Origin: a virus
Lineage: Duplodnaviria > Caudoviricetes
IMG/VR virus record: IMGVR_UViG_3300047157_000191
Coordinates: 1-37,662 of that record
DNA: 37,662 nt
Strand: one strand, 5' to 3'
The position numbers were made by a program, and so were the translations under genes. Shown here piece by piece: positions 8,377 to 15,209 of this stretch. The notes under the pieces were generated by a model. It was not told the origin of the DNA. It saw only the letters and a list, made by a program, of their open reading frames with translations, and searched no databases. Positions within the stretch are counted from its first letter, which is position 1, and each line of letters opens with the position of its first letter.

Positions 8377-9276
8377 TTACTCAGCGACTATGCTCGCCTT
8401 GCTTGGCCGCGAGAAAAAACCGAATCCTCTTTCTTTCGGTGCCACGGTCGCAGTGAACTCTACAACTTGATTCACTGCTGCCTTTGTTATGGATGATGGA
8501 AGGGTTCCCCAGAGCTTGTTATTGTCGCAAGTTCTTATAAGGATCTTCCAGTTGGCCCCATACTCTGACTCTACAAGCTTTTTGCTCAAAATAGAACCGG
8601 ATACCTTGTATCGGCCCTCCTGAATTTCTGCTACTGGCTCTGGCCCTCTTAGCTTTTTAACTTCGCTGTCGAAATCAAAATTCTTGAAGTAATTCTCGAG
8701 GCTTTTCGCAAACTTTAACTGCCTTTCAGACCAGCTACCGTAAGCGTTAAGATTTGCGATAAGATCGCTCGCTACATGCCTGTTGTTATCGTGTCTTATA
8801 GCCACCTTTAAAGCTACTGGATCACTGAAGTTAGACCCTAGCAAGTCAACCCCACGCGTGATGATTGTAATATCATGCTCTTTCAGTAGCAGCTCTGCTT
8901 TTCTGATGTTAGCGGCGTAATCTTTTGCGTGTTTCACAGACCTCTTTAGCCGCGCGATGTCAGACCGGAACTCAGGCGATGACATGTTAAGCTTGTCTGT
9001 GCATTGATGGCCGAACTCTACCAGCTTTTTAGTTGGGATGTGCAAGAAGACGCCGTGATACTGAGCGCGAGCCCCACACAGGTAGCAGCTACCCGATGTG
9101 GATTTCTTGTCCCACTGGAAATTTTTCGTGGCCTCGTTGAAAATCTTTTCCTGAGGCAAGTCTAATCCCCAGCCAGTCCTGTTGCCTTTGCGGTCAGTGT
9201 GATTGAATCTCATGCAGAGGTATTTGTAGTCTGAGCTTTTAAAATTACTTGGGGCGTGTATGTCTGTTCTTGGCAT
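8377..9276 (-). CDS. hypothetical protein with Zn-finger-like N-terminus and OB-fold-like C-terminus
   Basis: CYLC...H...GHQC motif; C-terminal beta-rich region RYKVSGSILSKK...VEFTATV...FFSRP. Confidence 0.6.
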   Translation of the reverse strand: MPRTDIHAPSNFKSSDYKYLCMRFNHTDRKGNRTGWGLDLPQEKIFNEATKNFQWDKKSTSGSCYLCGARAQYHGVFLHIPTKKLVEFGHQCTDKLNMSSPEFRSDIARLKRSVKHAKDYAANIRKAELLLKEHDITIITRGVDLLGSNFSDPVALKVAIRHDNNRHVASDLIANLNAYGSWSERQLKFAKSLENYFKNFDFDSEVKKLRGPEPVAEIQEGRYKVSGSILSKKLVESEYGANWKILIRTCDNNKLWGTLPSSITKAAVNQVVEFTATVAPKERGFGFFSRPSKASIVAE

Positions 9277-9380
9277 TTTACTTTTCTTTCTATTCTTCAG
9301 TCAGGGGAGTTTATTCCCCCCTGACACAAGTAGAATACGCTACTTTGAGTATAGTGCAAGTATTATTTAATCTTTTCTTT
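9277..9380 (-). promoter_or_regulatory. sigma70-like promoter/operator/leader element, copy 1
   Basis: TTGCAC (9359-9354)-16 nt-TATTCT (9337-9332); hairpin 9300-9325; homologous to 10823-10925. Confidence 0.7.
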
Positions 9381-10106
9381 CACATGACTCAAGAAGCGAT
9401 CAACTTCTCGAAGGGCTTCATCCCAGTTCCAGAACCCCTCCACCCTTTCATCATCAATGTAGTCTGCGACACAGCCCCATACCTCGGAAACATCCCCGGT
9501 GGTATCCACTTCGAGGTAACCGGGCTCCTCCCACGATTTATCCCATTTGACAAGCTTGACGCCTAGCTTCTCGAGCTCCGAGAACTTCTTAGTGCAGGCG
9601 ATCCTAGATTGCCTGAACGTGTCCCTTGTCGGGGGCTTCTTCGCGAACCACGGAGTCCTGACGCCTTTATCATCGAATGTCCTGAGTTCGTATACGTGCG
9701 CGACTCTCGCCCTGCGCTTGACCTTGGGGTCCTTGATTGAAACGATCTCTTTAGTGAGACCGCACACATACCTGCGACCCTGAATCACTTGGTAGTGATT
9801 GCCAGCCACAACGAGCCACACCTTCTTTGAGTCGCGGTAAGGGCGGCTGAACTTCAGCCACTGCGTCAGCGTGGGCTTTTCTTTAGGCAGCCTCGTTGGA
9901 GCGGCGAAGATGCCGCAGTATTCAAGAGCCATCCTCATGTCTGACACGTAGACACCCTTGACGCACCTTGACTCAGTCAGATGCCGAATAATCCTCGCAG
10001 CCTCTCCCCCTGACATGCCCGTGACGGCAGAGATCGCAGATGGTCCGCAATAGGAGTTGTAGTCTCCTGCGACCTGTTTCACAGGCCTGATCTTGACGAT
10101 TCTCAT
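9363..10106 (-). CDS. papain-fold (C39-like) cysteine peptidase domain protein
   Basis: NSYCGPSAISAVTG (Cys at helix start) and WLVVAGNHYQVIQG (His after a beta strand). Confidence 0.6.
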   Translation of the reverse strand: MRIVKIRPVKQVAGDYNSYCGPSAISAVTGMSGGEAARIIRHLTESRCVKGVYVSDMRMALEYCGIFAAPTRLPKEKPTLTQWLKFSRPYRDSKKVWLVVAGNHYQVIQGRRYVCGLTKEIVSIKDPKVKRRARVAHVYELRTFDDKGVRTPWFAKKPPTRDTFRQSRIACTKKFSELEKLGVKLVKWDKSWEEPGYLEVDTTGDVSEVWGCVADYIDDERVEGFWNWDEALREVDRFLSHVKEKIK

Positions 10107-10204
10107 TTCGCCTCCTTGTCTGCTACTAGGACGAGCTTCGTGTAGTCGCCGTAGTTGATTCTGACCTGCTTGAATTTGAGTGGTTTGTTTTTCTTATTTT
10201 TCAT
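10103..10204 (-). CDS. 33-aa basic peptide (not in ORF track)
   Basis: MKNKKNKPLKFKQVRINYGDYTKLVLVADKEAK*; contains AAGGAGG and ATGA coupling to the next gene. Confidence 0.6.
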   Translation of the reverse strand: MKNKKNKPLKFKQVRINYGDYTKLVLVADKEAK

Positions 10205-10226
10205 AGTTATTTTGTTTTTAAGGCTG

Positions 10227-10242
10227 GGGGGCCGAAGCCCCC
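10227..10242 (-). repeat. UUCG hairpin, copy 2
   Basis: Identical 16-mer just after the stop of 10251..10526. Confidence 0.9.
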
Positions 10243-10250
10243 ATATTTAT

Positions 10251-10526
10251 TCAAATCAAATTACCCGCTTTTCCAGTCAACGGATTCAAAACTTTTTTGT
10301 GACCGAATTCCTGAATGCCTTCAAGGGTGCCTAGCTCATGTGTTATGTCCCATTGCTGTGTTTCTTCGTTATAATCATATCTTTCTGCCGCTTTAATTTT
10401 AAGGTTCCCCTTAATTGTAGCTCTGCAAAAAAGGTTGACCCGGCTGTCTCCGTTGCTAAATAAAATGGTCCTCTGACCGCCTTTAATTTCAACGCCTTGT
10501 GGTAGTTGCTCTGGTGTAAAAATCAT
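10251..10526 (-). CDS. hypothetical protein
   Basis: 91-aa ORF flanked by two hairpin copies. Confidence 0.75.
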   Translation of the reverse strand: MIFTPEQLPQGVEIKGGQRTILFSNGDSRVNLFCRATIKGNLKIKAAERYDYNEETQQWDITHELGTLEGIQEFGHKKVLNPLTGKAGNLI

Positions 10527-10556
10527 GTCTTTTTCTTTCTGTTATTTGTTTTAAGT

Positions 10557-10572
10557 GGGGGCCGAAGCCCCC
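10557..10572 (-). repeat. UUCG hairpin, copy 3
   Basis: Identical 16-mer just after the stop of 10580..10822. Confidence 0.9.
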
Positions 10573-10579
10573 GATTTTA

Positions 10580-10822
10580 TTAGTAATTAATAACGCTTTT
10601 TGGCGAGAATACCTTGATCTTTCCCTTATACAGCGGAAGAAGATTGATGTAGAAAAGTTCTTTTCCATTGCGGATCATTGTTCCAACCTCGGGGTTTTCC
10701 CTGAGATATTCACCGCGAGCTTTACAGTAAGCTTTTTCTTCCTTTGCTTTTAAGTAGTCTTTAGCTGCTTCATAAGCTTCTTCTGCACCAACGTCTGATA
10801 CCATTATAATTTTATCATTCAT
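10580..10822 (-). CDS. hypothetical protein (MNDKI start), first gene of the inverted block
   Basis: ATG at 10822 follows the same leader as the ATG at 9276; preferred over the TTG at 10846. Confidence 0.75.
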   Translation of the reverse strand: MNDKIIMVSDVGAEEAYEAAKDYLKAKEEKAYCKARGEYLRENPEVGTMIRNGKELFYINLLPLYKGKIKVFSPKSVINY

Positions 10823-10925
10823 GTTATTTTTCTTTCTATTCTTCAATCAGAGGGTTGATTCCCGCCTGACACTTATACTTATACGCTACGCTGCGTATCA
10901 TTGCAACAACTATTTTCAATTATTT
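10823..10925 (-). promoter_or_regulatory. sigma70-like promoter/operator/leader element, copy 2
   Basis: TTGCAA (10906-10901)-17 nt-TATAAG (10883-10878); AT-rich upstream; ATACGC-N6-GCGTAT inverted repeat; hairpin 10846-10870. Confidence 0.7.
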
Positions 10926-11061
10926 TCTCCCACCTCCGCTTAACAGCTAAGGCGTCCGCTTAACTGTCAATAAAATTCGTGTAGCCCCCTCAGATACTTG
11001 AGGGGTCCACAAAATAAGCCGCTGTCACTTTTTGTGGCCTAGGCTTATTTGTTTGTTAGGG

Positions 11062-11091
11062 TTGACAGAGAATGTTAGACGAGTCTAACTT
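11062..11091 (+). promoter_or_regulatory. candidate promoter of the head operon with a palindrome
   Basis: TTGACA-18 nt-TAACTT, overlapped by GTTAGAC-GA-GTCTAAC (11074-11089). Confidence 0.5.
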
Positions 11092-11158
11092 AATTGAATC
11101 CTACTGGGCGGGATTACTACAGCCCTGATTACGGCCACTTGCAGCCGTCAAAAACAGC

Positions 11159-12136
11159 ATGTCTAAATCCGAAACTACAGCCGAGGCCAGCCAGCCCTCG
11201 GAGGAAGCAATAGAAGTTGGCGGGATGGAAGCACTGCGTGATGCACTCAAGGACAGCTTGAGTCCCCAAACGGAGACTGCACCTGTAAATGAGGAACCAC
11301 CCGTTCCTGAGCCTGAACCTGAGCCAGAGCAGCAGCCTGAGCCAGAGCAGACACAGGACGATACGGAGCCTCCTGAGCACATTGGATTCCAGAAACGCAT
11401 AAACCGTTTGACAGCCCAAAAGAAGGAGCTGGAAGAACGAATGCAGGAGCTCGAGGAAACTACGAGTCAACTTAAACTGGAAACAAAGAAAACTCAGCAA
11501 ACGGACACTGATAGCAACATATCAGAGCTAGTCCAGAAAGCTCAGTCAGAGTCAGATCTCGAGAATCTCGAGGACGAAGCACTGGCCGCAGAGCGTTGGG
11601 CTAAAAGAGCGCTCGCCAGATACAGGCGAGATCCAGATCAGGTAGAGCGAGAGATTGAGAACCGTATACAGAGTCTTCCAGAAGACCCTGAAGCGTGGCT
11701 CGAAGACCTCGCGCTTAATGCCGAGTGGAGTAGGGAATCAGACATCCCGAAACGGCGAAAACAGATCACACAGAACGCTCAAAGCTTTGAATTCGCTGCA
11801 CAGAAGTACCCGTGGCTGAGAGAGGATAAAAGCCCTGCACGGGCGTGGGTTGAACAGGTTAAGGAAGCTAACCCCGGTATACAGAATCTACCAGACGTAG
11901 ACCTGTATCTAGCGAGAGCATTGGTTGGTTTTTACATAGAGCAGGAGCAGTCACAAAAGAAGCCTGCAAAAGCTAAGACTCCTGATCCTACACCACAACC
12001 CGGCGCACCAGCAGCCCAGAAGGCCTCGGTCTCTGATGCTGTTAAAAGAGCTGAATCCGCAAAGTCTCAGGTATTTAAAACCGGATCGAGGGATGGTCTT
12101 AAAGATTTTATCAAAGCTGCTATGACAACAAACTAG
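11159..12136 (+). CDS. capsid scaffolding protein
   Basis: Acidic, PE-repeat N-terminus, FQKRINRLTAQKKELEE coiled coil; immediately before the major capsid gene. Confidence 0.8.
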   Translation: MSKSETTAEASQPSEEAIEVGGMEALRDALKDSLSPQTETAPVNEEPPVPEPEPEPEQQPEPEQTQDDTEPPEHIGFQKRINRLTAQKKELEERMQELEETTSQLKLETKKTQQTDTDSNISELVQKAQSESDLENLEDEALAAERWAKRALARYRRDPDQVEREIENRIQSLPEDPEAWLEDLALNAEWSRESDIPKRRKQITQNAQSFEFAAQKYPWLREDKSPARAWVEQVKEANPGIQNLPDVDLYLARALVGFYIEQEQSQKKPAKAKTPDPTPQPGAPAAQKASVSDAVKRAESAKSQVFKTGSRDGLKDFIKAAMTTN

Positions 12137-12146
12137 GATATAGATT

Positions 12147-13148
12147 ATGGCTGGATTATTTGAAATTAATCAGGTTGCAAAGCGAGAAGATTTGCTCGAC
12201 TTGCTGACACGGGTAGACGAGAAGGCAACCCCTTTCATGTCGCTCTGTAACAAGGGGACTACTCCACGTAACACATACATTGAGTGGCCCGTCGATAACT
12301 ACGATGCTCCTCAATTGGGTGGCGTTGTTGATGGAACAGACGTTAGCACCTACGGCAACCCTGCAGAAAACAGGGCTCTCTTGAGCTCCTACCTGCAGAC
12401 CTTCCGCAAAACTGCTAAGGTCTCGAGACTTGCTCAAGACGTTTCAGACGTTGCGGGTGTATCAGATGAGATTGCAGAAGCTATCGCTAAAGTTGGCGTT
12501 GAATTGCTGCGTAACATCGAATCAACCTGCCTGAGCGATCAGGAGCATCAGGCTGATGACGGGACCAACCCTTACCTCTTGCGAGGACTCGGCGTTTGGA
12601 TCCGCGACACTGCTAATATCACTGGAGTGCAGACAAGTCATCAGGTTCCTGCTGACTACCGCCCTGCCGCAGGTCAATACATAGCAACTGCTACAGGATC
12701 TCTCACAGAGACCAGCATTCAGTCAGTCCTCCAGAGCATCTGGTCTAGCACTGGCATGATGGGCGACTACAAGTTGTTCTGCGATGCCACATTGCGTAGA
12801 GCTTTCACGGACTTTACTCGCACAATCGCAACCGCAGGCTACAGCTCACGCAATTTTGATTTTGCGGGAGACGCTAAGAAAGTCAGCAACAGCACCACCA
12901 TTTTCGAGGGAGACTTCGGAACAGTTGAGGTCATCGCTGATAACTTCATCGGTTACAATTCCGCTGGCACAAGTCAAACTGCTGGAAGAGGTTACCTACT
13001 CGATATGGATAAGATCGATATGCGTATGAATAAGAACCCAACCGTGGAACGCTTTGAAGATCAGGGCGGCGGCGAGCGGTTCATGATCGAAGCTCGAACA
13101 GCGCTTCAGGTTCGCAACCCAATCGGGTTGGCCCAGTTCAACCCTTAA
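12147..13148 (+). CDS. major capsid protein (DUF5309/SU10-like)
   Basis: REDLLD..TPFMS, EWPVD, YLQTFRKTAKVS and GDFGTVEVI motifs; 333 aa after the scaffold gene. Confidence 0.88.
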   Translation: MAGLFEINQVAKREDLLDLLTRVDEKATPFMSLCNKGTTPRNTYIEWPVDNYDAPQLGGVVDGTDVSTYGNPAENRALLSSYLQTFRKTAKVSRLAQDVSDVAGVSDEIAEAIAKVGVELLRNIESTCLSDQEHQADDGTNPYLLRGLGVWIRDTANITGVQTSHQVPADYRPAAGQYIATATGSLTETSIQSVLQSIWSSTGMMGDYKLFCDATLRRAFTDFTRTIATAGYSSRNFDFAGDAKKVSNSTTIFEGDFGTVEVIADNFIGYNSAGTSQTAGRGYLLDMDKIDMRMNKNPTVERFEDQGGGERFMIEARTALQVRNPIGLAQFNP

Positions 13149-13166
13149 TTTGAGAAAGGAATTATA

Positions 13167-13625
13167 ATGCAAGTTAACGTATTACCCACTGAAACTCAGG
13201 CCCTACTTGGGGCTACTCACGAGGCGATCATCACTTATGAAGACCTTACTGCAGCAGCCACCACGCAAATCCTTGCTGGTATCAACATTCCTGTTGGTAG
13301 CTGGGTCAAGGGAGGGCCTCATATTCTTGAGCAGGATTTTGATAGCCCTGCATCATCCAGCCTGACTTATTCGGCTGGTGACGGATCAGACGCGGACCTG
13401 TTCATGACAGCAACTGAAATTGATGTTGCTGCCACTGAAGTTGACTACAAGGCCCCTACCCCGGGCTCTGGAGCTCCAGCAGTTGGAACAGGTAAAGCCT
13501 ATGTTGGGCCTAGCGCGGACACCCTTGATATTGCCTTCACTTCTACCGGAGACAACCTCTCCGATTTTACGCAAGGCAAAATCCGATACTTCTTCAGCTT
13601 GGTCGATCTCGACACGCTGAAATAA
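13167..13625 (+). CDS. probable capsid decoration protein
   Basis: Small beta-rich protein after the MCP; AAAGGA RBS. Confidence 0.6.
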   Translation: MQVNVLPTETQALLGATHEAIITYEDLTAAATTQILAGINIPVGSWVKGGPHILEQDFDSPASSSLTYSAGDGSDADLFMTATEIDVAATEVDYKAPTPGSGAPAVGTGKAYVGPSADTLDIAFTSTGDNLSDFTQGKIRYFFSLVDLDTLK

Positions 13626-13629
13626 ACCT

Positions 13630-13700
13630 TTACTGGCTCGCACCAGTAATCGCACACCTCGGGACCGAGGGGGCCGCTTATGTGGCTCCCTCAACCGAGG
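13630..13700 (+). promoter_or_regulatory. tandem intergenic hairpins
   Basis: TTACTGG/CCAGTAA (13630-13649) and a long GC-rich stem (13657-13700). Confidence 0.55.
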
Positions 13701-13715
13701 AACACTTTACAAATT

Positions 13716-14027
13716 ATGTCAGATTATACCGAGGCAATGAAAGAAGCTCTGGCCCGTAAATATAACGGGTCACATGAAGAGCGACTAGCAAGTGCGACTG
13801 AGCGACAGAAAGAGATCGCTCGTCAGAACCGAAACCGTAAAAGTATGAACGGAATCGGGCGAGCCACTATGGAAGTAGACAACAAGGTTTACCAAGAATG
13901 GGTCAAAAAGGAAGGCAAAGAAATCTGGAAGGACCCTAAATTCCGCAAATACATTTCCGATAAAAACCCAGAGCTGAAAGTTAACAGTAAAGGCACTGGC
14001 AAGATACAAGTTGGTTATGGCTCTTAG
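13716..14027 (+). CDS. hypothetical basic protein
   Basis: MSDYTEAMK...; ATG at 13716 preferred because the track start lies inside the hairpin. Confidence 0.7.
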   Translation: MSDYTEAMKEALARKYNGSHEERLASATERQKEIARQNRNRKSMNGIGRATMEVDNKVYQEWVKKEGKEIWKDPKFRKYISDKNPELKVNSKGTGKIQVGYGS

Positions 14028-14745
14028 TCCTGCAAATTACAACCAGATCCTGACTCAGGTTACGAACCTAGCAGGAATGGATAGAGATACTCTTCCCACT
14101 ATTGAGTGGAAGTTGTTTCGAGACCTTGCAAGCCGCAGGTTGAAGTTTGCGTGGCAGGCCGCCAAGTGGCCAGAGGTCACAGTGACTGAAGCTCGAACAG
14201 TGACTCAGTCAGGAGGCGACGAGGGTAACTACATTGAGTTCAACCAGCCAACAAAAACCGAGATAGGCGAAGTGTTCGCAGTCTGGAACAAGAGCCCTAA
14301 GTCCAATAAGGATCAAGTGTCACTTACTTGGTATCTTTCGGAGAACGGGATCCAGATCGCTGAGAGCAATACAACCGCTTACATTTGGTTCCGTAAAACT
14401 GCCCCAGTCATCACAGGAGATCTATACAGCACAAGCACAGTCTATGCTGCTGGAGATCAGGTTTACGATAACACTGCTGGACAGTTTTACGTTGCCAATC
14501 AGTCTGTGGCCGCAGGGTCAAACAGCCCCACGGATCAACCTAGTTACTGGGACCTGACTTCTATACCTATGATCTTCTTTGATTACCTAGTCAGGGGAAC
14601 TTACAGCGACTACCTGAGGCACAACGGAGAGCTCGATAGAGCGAGAGTCGCAGAGTCAGACGCACGAGACGTTATCGATCACGAGCTTCTTAAGCTGCAC
14701 ACGCAGCAAGGACAGACAACTCAAATCGAGGTAGCAGGATATTAA
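14017..14745 (+). CDS. head-tail adaptor (tail tubular protein A-like)
   Basis: Position and size; helical termini; internal YSTSTVYAAGDQVY...PSYW carbohydrate-binding-like insert. Confidence 0.6.
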   Translation: MALSPANYNQILTQVTNLAGMDRDTLPTIEWKLFRDLASRRLKFAWQAAKWPEVTVTEARTVTQSGGDEGNYIEFNQPTKTEIGEVFAVWNKSPKSNKDQVSLTWYLSENGIQIAESNTTAYIWFRKTAPVITGDLYSTSTVYAAGDQVYDNTAGQFYVANQSVAAGSNSPTDQPSYWDLTSIPMIFFDYLVRGTYSDYLRHNGELDRARVAESDARDVIDHELLKLHTQQGQTTQIEVAGY

Positions 14746-14752
14746 TTAAATT

Positions 14753-15049
14753 ATGAGCAGAGCATCTTTAATAACGGGCGTTGACCAGAACGATCAATAC
14801 CGGACAGTGCGTGTAGGCGAGGACGGGACCCTAGGGTCTGACAGTGGAACCTACCAAAGCGGCGCGGGAACTATTACTGGAAACTTTAGTTGGATCTACG
14901 CTCACGCAGCGACAGTCCTTGGGAGTGTCTCCTCAGGAGGACTAGGAACAATCACGAATGTGAACATGCAGGCTGGGTCCTACTGGCGATGCTGCAGAGC
15001 AACGTCGATCACAGTGACAACTGGAGAAATCACAGCCTACGATGTCTGA
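14753..15049 (+). CDS. small virion-associated protein
   Basis: 98 aa, Gly/Thr-rich, beta-type. Confidence 0.65.
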   Translation: MSRASLITGVDQNDQYRTVRVGEDGTLGSDSGTYQSGAGTITGNFSWIYAHAATVLGSVSSGGLGTITNVNMQAGSYWRCCRATSITVTTGEITAYDV

Positions 15050-15207
15050 TGATTGGATTTGGTCTAGGCTTGCCAACAGTTGTTACTGCTGGAGGAGACA
15101 ACGTCACGGAAGCGACACTGCTTGTCGATGACAGCGGCAACCTCTTGTTCACAGACGATAACGAATACATTTTAACGCTTCAGCTTGAAGCCCCTGACCC
15201 TGAATAA
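15049..15207 (+). CDS. 52-aa acidic virion-associated peptide
   Basis: MIGFGLGLP...LLVDDSGNLLFTDDNEYIL; TGATG coupling at 15047-15051. Confidence 0.65.
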   Translation: MIGFGLGLPTVVTAGGDNVTEATLLVDDSGNLLFTDDNEYILTLQLEAPDPE

Positions 15208-15209
15208 AT

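Noticed and set aside
8352-10572. Repeated 16-mers as a CRISPR array
   Set aside because: They are separated by whole genes of hundreds of bases, and no cas genes are present.
8352-10572. UUCG hairpins as intrinsic terminators
   Set aside because: No U-tract follows on the coding (minus) strand; at most weak T-rich tails on the plus strand.
11300-11352. GAGCC(T/A)-type short tandem repeats
   Set aside because: They encode the PEPEPE linker of the scaffold protein; ordinary low complexity.
13130-13170. Programmed frameshift or read-through extending the capsid protein
   Set aside because: No convincing slippery heptamer, and the next gene has its own RBS.
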